The position numbers were made by a program, and so were the translations under genes. Positions 7,783-17,116 of a DNA stretch of 23,803 nt are shown here, piece after piece; position 1 is the first letter of the stretch; every line of letters begins with the position of its first letter. The stretch is taken from the NCBI GenBank assembly GCA_016840095.1, contig JAEOSZ010000086.1:1-23803 (forward strand), given 5' to 3'. Origin of the DNA: Candidatus Heimdallarchaeota archaeon (lineage in GTDB: Archaea; Asgardarchaeota; Heimdallarchaeia; Heimdallarchaeales; Heimdallarchaeaceae). A model generated the notes under the pieces. It was given only the letters and a program-made list of their open reading frames with translations, did no database searches and was not told where the DNA came from.

Positions 7783-9255
7783 ATGTCAAAGGAAAAAATG
7801 AAAGGTATTTCGGTTAAGAAAAGTGAAGACTTTTCTAGGTGGTATACAGAACTACTGCAAAAAGCAGAATTGGCAGATATTCGCTACAATATCAAAGGAT
7901 TTGTTCCTTATAGAGCTTGGGCGTCCATATCAATTAAGAGAATGTATGATAAATATGAAAAATGTCTTGAAAAGAAAGGACACATGCCATTAATTATGCC
8001 AACCTTAATACCGGAGAGAAACTTCTTATTAGAAGCAGATCATGTTGAAGGATTTTCTCCTCAAGTTTTCTGGGTTACTCATGGAGGGGATAAGAAACTT
8101 GAAGAGAGATTAGCATTGAGACCAACAAGTGAAACTGCTTTGTACCAAATGTATTCCCTTTGGATAAGAAGTTATAATGATCTTCCTTTCAAAAGATATG
8201 TACCTGGTCAAGTATTCAGATATGAAGGTGGAGACACTAGAGCTTTCTTTAGAGCTAGAGAATTCCATTGGATAGAATCACATGATGTTTTTGCAACAGA
8301 AGAAGAAGCAAGAAGACAAGTCGTTGAAGATATGGAAACAACTCAGGAAATGCTTGAAGATGAGTTTGCAATTCCAATGATATTCTTCCAGAGACCAGAG
8401 TGGGACAAATTTGCTGGAGCTGTTCATACTTATGCAGCCGACGCTCTAATGGATTCAGGTAGAGTCCTACAATTACCTTCTACTCATCTATTGGGGCAAA
8501 ATTTCTCAAAACCATTCAATGTGACATTCATGGATGAAAACAATGAAGAAAAATATGGGTGGATTACTTGCTATGGTCCAGCAATAAGCAGAATTTATGG
8601 TGCTATGATTGCTCTACTTGGAGATGATCAAGGCTTAGTACTCCCATGGGATTTAGCTCCAATTCAGATTGTTATCATCCCAATTTACAGAGCAGATACT
8701 AAAGAATTAGTGCTAAAGAAAGTAAAAGAACTATCAGAACTAATTGAAATCTTGATAGATGACGTTTACATCAAGCTAGATGATCGAGATTATGTAAGTC
8801 CTGGTGAAAAATTCAATGAATGGGAACTAAAAGGAGTTCCTTTAAGAATTGAGTTAGGACCTAAAGATATCGAAAACGACCAAATTGTTGCAGTTAATAG
8901 AATTACTGGAGAGAAGATGAGAGTTAAACAAGCTGAATTAAACGATTTCATAGAAAACTACTCTAGTAAGTTCACTAAACAACTAAAAGAAAAATATTCA
9001 ATTCAGTTTGAGTCTCAAGTTGAAGTTACTAAAACTATTGATGAAGTAAAGAAAGCAATTGGTGAAAACAAGATAGCTTGTACAGGATTTTGTTCAATTG
9101 ATTTAGATGGAGAAAACTGCGCAGAAATTATTGAAAAAGAGGTTAAGGCTTTCGTACGTGGTAAGAGGGTGGATAAAGAATCGCACAAATTCGAAAAGTG
9201 TGTTGTGTGTGATAAACCAGCTCATGAAACAGTCTATATTGCTCGAAGTTACTAA
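7783..9255 (+). CDS. proS: Proline--tRNA ligase (archaeal/eukaryote-type)
   Basis: FSRWYTELLQKAEL, HVEGFSPQVFWVTHGG, LALRPTSET, motif 2 FRYE...FFRAREFHWIESH, HLLGQNFSKPF, PGEKFNEWELKGVPLRIELGPKD, C-terminal Zn domain and ARSY end. Confidence 0.98.
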   Translation: MSKEKMKGISVKKSEDFSRWYTELLQKAELADIRYNIKGFVPYRAWASISIKRMYDKYEKCLEKKGHMPLIMPTLIPERNFLLEADHVEGFSPQVFWVTHGGDKKLEERLALRPTSETALYQMYSLWIRSYNDLPFKRYVPGQVFRYEGGDTRAFFRAREFHWIESHDVFATEEEARRQVVEDMETTQEMLEDEFAIPMIFFQRPEWDKFAGAVHTYAADALMDSGRVLQLPSTHLLGQNFSKPFNVTFMDENNEEKYGWITCYGPAISRIYGAMIALLGDDQGLVLPWDLAPIQIVIIPIYRADTKELVLKKVKELSELIEILIDDVYIKLDDRDYVSPGEKFNEWELKGVPLRIELGPKDIENDQIVAVNRITGEKMRVKQAELNDFIENYSSKFTKQLKEKYSIQFESQVEVTKTIDEVKKAIGENKIACTGFCSIDLDGENCAEIIEKEVKAFVRGKRVDKESHKFEKCVVCDKPAHETVYIARSY

Positions 9256-9276
9256 CTTCTCCTTTCTATTTTTTTC
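9256..9276 (+). terminator. Pyrimidine/T-rich terminator after proS
   Basis: CTTCTCCTTTCTATTTTTTTC immediately after the TAA. Confidence 0.45.
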
Positions 9277-9293
9277 AAAAAAGTCAAATATCT

Positions 9294-10547
9294 ATGCTCA
9301 ATTTGATTTTTGTGACCAACTTATTAGATAATCGAATACGAGATCTCTTAACATATAATTCTAAGCAAATTCAGATAACCAGAAATAAAATACAACACAA
9401 TGTAAGCTATACAGCACCAAGCCCTGGAACCTATGATCAACAATGGTTTTGGGATTCTTGCCTTCATAGTCTGGTATGGTTAGAATTGGGCGAAGAATCT
9501 AGAGCTTTGCAGGAGATCGAGAGTCTAGTTCTTGGAAAAGGAGATAAGGATTTCATTCCTCACATGATTTTTTGGAAGAAAATTAGGAATATCACTTGGT
9601 GGGTTTTTGATAGATTATATCCAACAGATTTCTATTCAGAGCTAATTCAACCACCGATAATTGGTTATTCTACTATGCAATTAAGTGATAGAGGTGTAAA
9701 TCTTAAAGAAGAAACGATTCTTAATATTAAAACTCATTATCAATATATTTCACAAGTTAGAGATCCAGAAAATATGGGTTTAATATCAATCATTCATCCT
9801 TGGGAAAGCGGATTAGATTCTTCACCTAAATTTGACTTAGAGCTAGCAAATATGAGAAGAATGAGATTTCATCTTTGGAAACGTATGAGGTTCATACTAA
9901 AAGAATCAGCAAGATATGGTTGGAATCAAGATGTAATGTCAAAGAAATGCTCTTTTAGAGTAAAATGTGTTTTAACTAATACTATTCACTCATTAGGTTT
10001 GGCATCATTTAGCAAAGTACTTCTCAAGTACAATCTCAAAGAAGAAGCTTCAGAACTAGAACAAAAATCAAATAAGGTTCTTGAAGGTCTTATAGAGAAT
10101 TCTTGGAATGAAAAAGATGGTTTATTCTATGATTTGAATATGAATAGTAAAAACAACCATCAAATCAAAGTTAATACTATAACTTCTCTTATTCCCTTGA
10201 TGTTAGATATTCCAAAAGACATCAAGAATAGATTACTTAATCATCTTAAAGATGAAAAAGAATATTGGTCAGCATATCCTATCCCAACAGTATCTATGAA
10301 AGAACCTTCTTTCAATCCAAAGAACATTCATCTTCTTTGGAGAGGACCAACTTGGGTTAATACAAACTTCTTCATCTGGATAGGCTTGAAAAAACACAAT
10401 GAAAACAAGATTGCCGATGAACTTGTTTCCAGAACTAGAGACTTGATCAATAAATCAGGTTTTTGGGAATTCTTCAACCCAATTACAGGAGAGGGAGGAG
10501 GGGCAGATAATTTTGGTTGGTCAACATTAGTATTGTTAATGAAATAA
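9294..10547 (+). CDS. GH63/MGH1-like (alpha/alpha)6 glycoside hydrolase (amylo-alpha-1,6-glucosidase/trehalase-like)
   Basis: YDQQWFWDS, IQPP, IIHPWESGLDSSP, WRGPTWVNTN, GFWEFFNPITGEGGGADNFGWS. Exact start uncertain. Confidence 0.88.
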   Translation: MLNLIFVTNLLDNRIRDLLTYNSKQIQITRNKIQHNVSYTAPSPGTYDQQWFWDSCLHSLVWLELGEESRALQEIESLVLGKGDKDFIPHMIFWKKIRNITWWVFDRLYPTDFYSELIQPPIIGYSTMQLSDRGVNLKEETILNIKTHYQYISQVRDPENMGLISIIHPWESGLDSSPKFDLELANMRRMRFHLWKRMRFILKESARYGWNQDVMSKKCSFRVKCVLTNTIHSLGLASFSKVLLKYNLKEEASELEQKSNKVLEGLIENSWNEKDGLFYDLNMNSKNNHQIKVNTITSLIPLMLDIPKDIKNRLLNHLKDEKEYWSAYPIPTVSMKEPSFNPKNIHLLWRGPTWVNTNFFIWIGLKKHNENKIADELVSRTRDLINKSGFWEFFNPITGEGGGADNFGWSTLVLLMK

Positions 10548-10563
10548 GAAGAACATAGAACTC

Positions 10564-11274
10564 CTAAAGCGTTCCATTCATTCTGATGATATATCCAATT
10601 ACAATAAGAAGTTGTCCTGAGATATATGTTAACATTATGATTAAATTGCTAAGTTTAATCTTCTTCACGAATTTCACCATCCCATTGAAAATATCTGAAA
10701 CAGCAAATAACCAAACCCCAAAATAGAGGATTATTGAACCAGCTTGAAATTCAAAACTCCAACTGTTTGGTAGAAACATGAGAGTTGAGCAAATACACAT
10801 TAAGCAAATTATGATTATGTATGCTGTAACATATTTAGTCATATTTCCTGTATACTTTGTCATATATGGGTGCACAAAAGCAGCAGCAATTACAAATGGG
10901 AATGCCAGAAACAGACTCCACCAAACCCATGTTAAATTGATAATAAAAGCTACAACATACATGATATGCCCTATTAGAAAAACTCCAAGACCAACCTTTA
11001 GCCAGAGACGTTTTTTTTCAGGGTCTGGAATCATTAAGAAAATATCTCCAAGAAAACCTAAGCACAATGCTAAAATTAGGAAAATATTGAACTTACTTGT
11101 AGACCAATAAAAAGATACAAAGAAGATTAGTAAAAGTGGAATTAGCAATGGTTTAGTTAAGTATCTTAATAGAATGAAATTGCTTCTTCCAATATCTACT
11201 AGAAATTCTCCCAACAAATGAATCAAGGAAATAGTTACAAATAGCAGGAGTAGAATCAAACTAACAAGTTCCAT
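10564..11274 (-). CDS. YhhN/TMEM86-family membrane protein (lysoplasmalogenase-like)
   Basis: About 8 TM helices with LTKPLL, GDIFL, GLGVFLIGHIMY, FAVSD and TYISGQLLI motifs. Confidence 0.85.
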   Translation of the reverse strand: MELVSLILLLLFVTISLIHLLGEFLVDIGRSNFILLRYLTKPLLIPLLLIFFVSFYWSTSKFNIFLILALCLGFLGDIFLMIPDPEKKRLWLKVGLGVFLIGHIMYVVAFIINLTWVWWSLFLAFPFVIAAAFVHPYMTKYTGNMTKYVTAYIIIICLMCICSTLMFLPNSWSFEFQAGSIILYFGVWLFAVSDIFNGMVKFVKKIKLSNLIIMLTYISGQLLIVIGYIIRMNGTL

Positions 11275-11337
11275 GTTATGTCAGAAGGAAAAAAAAGAAG
11301 GAACTTAAAAAACTATGCTTGGGGATAAAATCAGAAA

Positions 11338-12594
11338 TCATTCTTTTTTCGGAGTTAAATCTACTAACTCATATTCCCTAGAGCCTATCCCTTGTTCATA
11401 AGCACTTGATAACTGAGTCTCTGTTACTAAAGGTCTTGATTCTTCATCTACCCACACACTAAATAGACCTAATTTTTCTTTTCCAGCTTCCATTGCTTCA
11501 AGATTTGGCTCTATGTTGCCCATAGGAGCTCTGATTCCTGTTTCAGCAGGTGATTTTGGCATTCCGGGAGACTTAGTAACTAAATCAACACATACTTGGT
11601 CTATTGCAATGGGATCTTCTGAATAGAATATTCCCAAATCTGGAACAAGTAGGTTCCCACCAGCTGTTGCACAGTCACAGTGGCTTGTAATGTCAATTGC
11701 GATATTGATGTATCTTAATCGGTCTTTACCAACCCCTTTTACTACTCCACCAGCATTATCCATCATTCTTTCAATTTGCTCAATACTTGGAACCCTTTTC
11801 TTTCTAGCGAAAACTTGTTTCTCATCCATCTCTTCAGGTTTAATACCATAATGGCATTTTGAAAAACAAATTAAACAAGCAATACAGTTGTCTGCATCAT
11901 GAACAATTTTGTTATTTTCGTCTAGTGATAAGCACTGAGTTGGACAGATTCTAATACACTTTCCACAACCTGTACAATTATCTGGATTTTTAATATGAAT
12001 ATTGTGTCCTCCACCAAAGTGTGCTCCACCTTTCCCTTCCTTACCAACACATCCAATTCCAAGCTGTTTAAGTGCACCACCAAAACCTGCACCATCATGT
12101 CCTTTGAAACGTGAGACAATCAGAATTTTGTCTGCAATCTTTAGTCCCATAGCTACTGCTACTTCTTTGATGTATTTTCCATTCTCATTGTTTATTCTAA
12201 AAACCTCAGTACCTATAACACCATCATCCATGATCACAGGAGCGTTCATGGATCCACTATTGAAACCATTTTGATTTCCAATATTAAGAAATCCAGGTCC
12301 ATTAGACATTGTATATTCCTTGTTTGCTTCATCCCATCCAAGACCTACACCCTCAGCAACCCAGGGTATTCCTTCAGCTTTTCGAACCAAATCTACAATT
12401 TTTCTGATATACATTGGTCTTAAGTGACGGGTCTGATTTCTACTTCCAAAATGTGTTTTAATTAGAACAATCTCATTCGGTTCTATCCAGTCATTAAGAT
12501 TGACTTCTTCGTGGTTCCATAATAATTCTAGACGGTCTATTAAAGAATCCCCACGAAAAATATCTTCAGTGCTTACCATAACTACTTTTGACAT
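11338..12594 (-). CDS. DUF362-domain Fe-S protein with inserted 2x[4Fe-4S] ferredoxin
   Basis: LIKTHFG, SRFKGHDGAGFGGALKQLGIGC, CTGCGKCIRICP, CIACLICFSKC, HCDC, VPDLGIFYSEDPIAIDQ and GIGSREYEL. Confidence 0.88.
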   Translation of the reverse strand: MSKVVMVSTEDIFRGDSLIDRLELLWNHEEVNLNDWIEPNEIVLIKTHFGSRNQTRHLRPMYIRKIVDLVRKAEGIPWVAEGVGLGWDEANKEYTMSNGPGFLNIGNQNGFNSGSMNAPVIMDDGVIGTEVFRINNENGKYIKEVAVAMGLKIADKILIVSRFKGHDGAGFGGALKQLGIGCVGKEGKGGAHFGGGHNIHIKNPDNCTGCGKCIRICPTQCLSLDENNKIVHDADNCIACLICFSKCHYGIKPEEMDEKQVFARKKRVPSIEQIERMMDNAGGVVKGVGKDRLRYINIAIDITSHCDCATAGGNLLVPDLGIFYSEDPIAIDQVCVDLVTKSPGMPKSPAETGIRAPMGNIEPNLEAMEAGKEKLGLFSVWVDEESRPLVTETQLSSAYEQGIGSREYELVDLTPKKE

Positions 12595-12656
12595 ACAGTT
12601 TCCCCTATTTTTGGAAGATATATTAATCTATTCTAATTTAACGTATTGAAAATTCT

Positions 12657-12671
12657 GAAAAAGCTTATTAA
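12657..12671 (+). promoter_or_regulatory. BRE/TATA-like promoter (GAAAAAGC-TTATTAA)
   Basis: Ends about 22 nt before the ATG at 12693, consistent with a leaderless transcript. Confidence 0.5.
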
Positions 12672-12692
12672 CTCTCAATCTAGCTCTGATTT

Positions 12693-13181
12693 ATGCTCTC
12701 TTTAATTCAGCTCTACTCTATTCTTGAAGAAGAAAGATCAAGAATTCTAGAAAGATTTACAAAAGTAGCTAAAAAGCATTTCATCTTTAAAGAAACAAAA
12801 GGAACTTGGAGTCCTGAGTTACTATTTAGACATATTTTAATGAGCAATTATTGGTTACTACGCAATCTTCCGGGAGGAGAAGAATTAACACCTCCAGCTA
12901 TAGCTCTTAACTCAGGTCAAGAAACAACCAATAACGTAAGTATAGATCATCTCAGGGATGCATTCTTACTTGTTTCTGATGTTATTAAACAACGACTTTC
13001 CTATTTACAAGTTGAAGAAGAGGAAGAGATTATTGAAACTTTCAGAGGTAAGAAACCTCGTCAAACAGTTATTTTGGGATTTATATATCACGAATTAAGA
13101 CATTTAGGTCAAATAACTTGGTTATTCAAAAGATCAACAGGTTGGACTGATAAAGAGATTTATTCAGACAAAAACATATGA
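12693..13181 (+). CDS. DinB/YfiT-family protein
   Basis: WSPELLFRHI and HELRHLGQI metal-binding histidine motifs. Confidence 0.8.
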   Translation: MLSLIQLYSILEEERSRILERFTKVAKKHFIFKETKGTWSPELLFRHILMSNYWLLRNLPGGEELTPPAIALNSGQETTNNVSIDHLRDAFLLVSDVIKQRLSYLQVEEEEEIIETFRGKKPRQTVILGFIYHELRHLGQITWLFKRSTGWTDKEIYSDKNI

Positions 13182-13214
13182 TTTTTAAGTATTTCAACTA
13201 GTGGTTTCTTGCTT

Positions 13215-14276
13215 ATGAAAGACCTTGAATTCATTCCTTTTGATGCAAATACAGCAGATGATAAGCTAATTACGCAGTTTTTTGATATCTTAGATGAGTG
13301 GTTGCTTGAGATGGATCCAACTAGAAGTTTAGTATCTAGGGAATACAGATTGAAAGAAATGCAAGAAGCTCCAGCAAGAAGGACTTATCTTAGGTACCTT
13401 GTTTTTTCAAAAGAACATGAAGAAAATCGACCAGTTGGTTACATAAACATCATGTTTGATTCAGAAATCGCACCAAACTACGAAGAAAACAAAGAAGTAG
13501 CTAATTTCTACATCTTTGTTACTAAAGATCATAGAAGCAAAGGTCTTGGGACACAATTGTTCAAATTCGTAATGGAAAAGACTGATGAGTTAAATAAAAG
13601 TATCATTCAGAGTAATACTGGATTAGAATCAGGTCAGAAATTCTATGAAAAAGTTGATGGGAAAGTTGTTCTCAATTACGGAGAAAACAGATTGTACATT
13701 GATGAAGTTAATTGGGGGTTAATGGAATACTGGAGAGACGAAGGGATTAAGCTATCAAAAAGTGAAAATGTTACTTTGGATACGTATGACATTGTACCAG
13801 ATAGTCTAATTGAGGAATTTGTAAGTCTATATACTGAAACTATGAACCAACAACCATTTGAAGAGTATGCAGGTCGTGCAAAAATTACAGTTGAAAGTAG
13901 AAGAAGTGAAGAAGAAAATAATCGCAAATTGAACTCAAAACTAATCACAATGATAACTAAGGAATCAGATGGATCAATAAGTGGAATTACTGAGCTTCTT
14001 TTTAATCCTGCAATTCCACATAAAATGGAGCAGTATCTAACTGGAGTCAGAGTTAAAAATAGAGGTAGAGGATTGGGAAAATGGCTCAAAGCAAATATGA
14101 TTCTTTTAGTTCGAGATGAATATCCAAGTGTTGAGTATATTTCAACAGGTAATATGGATGCAAATGCACCGATGCTTTCAATAAATGAAAGAATGGGTTT
14201 CAAACTCTTTCAATCTGTTAAATTCTATAGTTTTGATAAAACTAAAGCTAGAAAAATCCTTGAACAGAATAGCTAA
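13215..14276 (+). CDS. Tandem GNAT-family N-acetyltransferase
   Basis: Two acetyl-CoA motifs (FVTKDHRSKGLGTQL and TGVRVKNRGRGLGKWLKA) plus TGNMDANAPMLSINERMGF. Confidence 0.88.
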   Translation: MKDLEFIPFDANTADDKLITQFFDILDEWLLEMDPTRSLVSREYRLKEMQEAPARRTYLRYLVFSKEHEENRPVGYINIMFDSEIAPNYEENKEVANFYIFVTKDHRSKGLGTQLFKFVMEKTDELNKSIIQSNTGLESGQKFYEKVDGKVVLNYGENRLYIDEVNWGLMEYWRDEGIKLSKSENVTLDTYDIVPDSLIEEFVSLYTETMNQQPFEEYAGRAKITVESRRSEEENNRKLNSKLITMITKESDGSISGITELLFNPAIPHKMEQYLTGVRVKNRGRGLGKWLKANMILLVRDEYPSVEYISTGNMDANAPMLSINERMGFKLFQSVKFYSFDKTKARKILEQNS

Positions 14277-14343
14277 CTTTGAGAACTTATTTTGCTTTAT
14301 AGTGTAGACAACACTTTTTTTATAAAATATGCATGCTATTATT

Positions 14344-15111
14344 ATGAATGAAGTTTCGGTATGTTTAACTTTTGATGTAGATGCAGAAAGTGCTCAAATA
14401 AGAAAGGGAGAAGGTCCAGTAAAGATTTCCAAGGGCCAATTTGCAGTACAAAGAGGTATCCCCAGGATTTTAGATCTTTTAAAGAAGTATGACATTAAGT
14501 CTACCTTTTTCGTTTGTGGTTGGGTAGCAGAGAAATACCCTGAGTGTATTCAAAATATAATAGCTGATGGACATGAAATAGCAGCTCACGGCTATTTACA
14601 TGAAGAATTGGATAAACTAGAATTTAATGAAGAAACTATTGTTCATGAACACACAAATCAGATTCTCGAGGATTTAGCAGGTAAAATTAAAGGATTCAGA
14701 GCACCTTACTGGAAATTATCCAAATATACATTGACAATAATAGCAGAAATGGGATATAGCTATGATTCTTCTTTGATGGATGAAGACAGACCCTATGTTT
14801 ATTCAGTTCCTGAATCACCCAAGAATTTAGTTGAATTTCCAGTTGAATGGTATCTCGATGATTGGGTATTATTTGAACAACTACTGCAACCTCCTGCTGC
14901 TGTTTTTGAAACTTGGAAGGCTCAATATGATGCTATTCAAGAAATGAAAGACCTTGAGGATAGTCGTAGAGTTTACACTCTAACTAGTCATCCATCATGC
15001 ATTGGTCATGCCTATAGAATTCAAATGCTAGAAAGACTGATTCGATATATGAAATCTAAGCAAGCGAATTTTTCAAAATTACAACCAATTGCAGCAGAAT
15101 ATCTACTATAA
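14344..15111 (+). CDS. Polysaccharide deacetylase (CE4/NodB, PgdA/PuuE-like)
   Basis: LTFDVD, STFFVCG, HEIAAHGYLHE, GFRAP, YDSSLM and SHP. ATG at 14344 preferred because the TATA-like TTTATAAA (14319-14326) is too close to the ATG at 14329. Confidence 0.9.
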   Translation: MNEVSVCLTFDVDAESAQIRKGEGPVKISKGQFAVQRGIPRILDLLKKYDIKSTFFVCGWVAEKYPECIQNIIADGHEIAAHGYLHEELDKLEFNEETIVHEHTNQILEDLAGKIKGFRAPYWKLSKYTLTIIAEMGYSYDSSLMDEDRPYVYSVPESPKNLVEFPVEWYLDDWVLFEQLLQPPAAVFETWKAQYDAIQEMKDLEDSRRVYTLTSHPSCIGHAYRIQMLERLIRYMKSKQANFSKLQPIAAEYLL

Positions 15112-15139
15112 GAGGTGCAGTTTGTGAGATATGAACCTT

Positions 15140-15874
15140 TCAAAGTTCATACTCTTCTTCAGCTAAGGGTAAAACAGTTTGTCTTTTAGGCATGTAGGAG
15201 TGTCCAAAAGATTTATTCATTAGCAATAATTTTTTTATTTCTTTGGAAATCGGATGGTTTCCAAGTTTGAGTTTAGCTTTCCCTCTTTCGTTACTGCTAC
15301 CAGAAAAACCTTGACTAGTAACTCTAGTTCTGAGGAGTTTGTCATCCTTAACAGTGAAAGAGTGGTTTTCACTGAACTCTTCTTCTACTTCCATTTTAGG
15401 TACTTCAAGTGTAAGCATGAGTTGATTTTCGTGATGCACTGTACACTTCAATGAATTTTCATAATCATCAAAAGTAATATCTGCAACAAATTTTGGATAA
15501 CCAAAAAGATCAACGCCTAATTCTCGAGCTCGTTCTGTTGTAACAGGCAAATGTATAAACTGAGATCCATCAAAGTCTTGTTCTCCATCTCTAAATTTCA
15601 AAGGATAGCCAATACCTACTTCATTATATGGTTCTAATGCAGAAATGTGTTTGTATTCATAAGCTACTATAAAAATCAATGATATTCCAGGAAATGGTTT
15701 AATTATGTCCATCTTTTTTGATGGTAGATACTTCTTTAGTTTCCTTGCTGATACTGGAAAAACAGCTGCAAAACTAAAAACATCAAAATATTTGGCTGGT
15801 ACTTCACCTTTTTCTCCTTTGAAATCTATTTCCTCATACTTAAATTTAGAAAAGAAGTTCTTATCCAATTCCAT
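15140..15874 (-). CDS. Acetoacetate decarboxylase-like superfamily protein
   Basis: AYEY...PYNEVGI and HLPVTTERARELGVDLFGYPKFVADI (GxPK lysine motif). Confidence 0.8.
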   Translation of the reverse strand: MELDKNFFSKFKYEEIDFKGEKGEVPAKYFDVFSFAAVFPVSARKLKKYLPSKKMDIIKPFPGISLIFIVAYEYKHISALEPYNEVGIGYPLKFRDGEQDFDGSQFIHLPVTTERARELGVDLFGYPKFVADITFDDYENSLKCTVHHENQLMLTLEVPKMEVEEEFSENHSFTVKDDKLLRTRVTSQGFSGSSNERGKAKLKLGNHPISKEIKKLLLMNKSFGHSYMPKRQTVLPLAEEEYEL

Positions 15875-15920
15875 AAAATATAGTTTCTCTGTTTAGATTT
15901 ATGAACTTATTCCCAATTTG

Positions 15921-17045
15921 TCATGGTTTATCTAGAACATCATCTATCTTAACTTCTTGAAAATCATTTCGAACAGACCTAATAACAGCTAAACCAATTT
16001 GAAGTATTCTTCGAGCATCTTCAGGATTTATTTCTATCTCTCTATTCTCATTAATACCATTAATAAATTCCTTTGAGCAATTTATAAATGAAGAATTCCA
16101 GTTTGTCTCCATGCTAGTATCAGAATGCCACTCTCCTTGTTCATCAACCCAATGTACTCCTGCTTGTCCTGGAGCAGCATCACCACAATTTTCAAAGAAA
16201 CTACCTGTACAACCGGGAACGAAAATAATTCCTTTTTCTCCAACTATTTCTATATATTCATCACAAGCATAATAGTCAGATTTCATCGGAAGAAACTTAT
16301 GAGTTGAAACATTCCATGTTCCATAATGAGATTTGTTTTTACATGAATACACAACAACAGATGGGGTATCATGTTTCACTACACCTTGAATCTTAAAGTC
16401 TCCTTGCCAGGCTAGAACTGAGTCTATCTCTTCTCCTAGAAATTGTGAAATGATACTATGTTTATGATATCCATCATCAAACAATGTTGGAGAATTATAA
16501 TTCCCTTCCTCTGTAAATCTCCATTTCCATGTTGATAAAGAAACCTTCCACTCAGACAATGCACTCAAACCACCCCACATTCTATAATCAACTCTTTCAG
16601 TTTTTCCAATCACACCTTTGTTGATTAAATCCATAGCAAATTGATAAGGAGGATAAAATCTGAAGTTCTCATAAATCCTGAATTTGACTCTGTTACTTTC
16701 AGTAGCTTCAATCATTCGATCCATATCAGATAAGGTTAAGCAAGGAACTTTTTGAAGTGATATATGTTTTCCAGCTTCAGCAGCTTTAATTGTTTGCTCA
16801 GTATGAAGCTGATGTGGTGTTAAAATCTCTACTGCTTCCATTTCCTCATTAGTAAGAAATTCATCATAATCTGTATAGGTATTTTCAACTTGAAATTCTT
16901 TAGCAACTTGTTGAACCCTCTTCTTATTCTTATCACAAATTGCTACTAATTCTGCTTGTATGTTTTTCTCTTTTTTATAAGCTTCAAGATGTAAGGTACT
17001 AATTCTTCCAAGACCCACTATACCCACTTTGACTGTGTCAGACAT
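15921..17045 (-). CDS. Gfo/Idh/MocA-family NAD(P)-dependent oxidoreductase (374 aa)
   Basis: Rossmann VKVGIVGLGRIS, TPHQLH, AGKHISLQKVP, ENFRFYP and DDGYH. True start is MSDTVK at 17045. Confidence 0.9.
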   Translation of the reverse strand: MSDTVKVGIVGLGRISTLHLEAYKKEKNIQAELVAICDKNKKRVQQVAKEFQVENTYTDYDEFLTNEEMEAVEILTPHQLHTEQTIKAAEAGKHISLQKVPCLTLSDMDRMIEATESNRVKFRIYENFRFYPPYQFAMDLINKGVIGKTERVDYRMWGGLSALSEWKVSLSTWKWRFTEEGNYNSPTLFDDGYHKHSIISQFLGEEIDSVLAWQGDFKIQGVVKHDTPSVVVYSCKNKSHYGTWNVSTHKFLPMKSDYYACDEYIEIVGEKGIIFVPGCTGSFFENCGDAAPGQAGVHWVDEQGEWHSDTSMETNWNSSFINCSKEFINGINENREIEINPEDARRILQIGLAVIRSVRNDFQEVKIDDVLDKP

Positions 17046-17089
17046 CTTGCTCTTCTTAAAATCAACAAATGAAATATTAAAAGATGTTG

Positions 17090-17114
17090 GAAAAAAAAGA
17101 GATAAAGGAGATAG
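17090..17114 (-). terminator. T-rich terminator of the 17117-18238 gene
   Basis: Minus strand reads CTATCTCCTTTATCTCTTTTTTTTC just after the stop codon. Confidence 0.45.
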
Positions 17115-17116
17115 AA

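Noticed and set aside
9294-17045. GH63, deacetylase, GNAT, ADC-like and oxidoreductase genes as one sugar pathway
   Set aside because: Orientations alternate and several genes have their own promoters, so there is no operon-level support.
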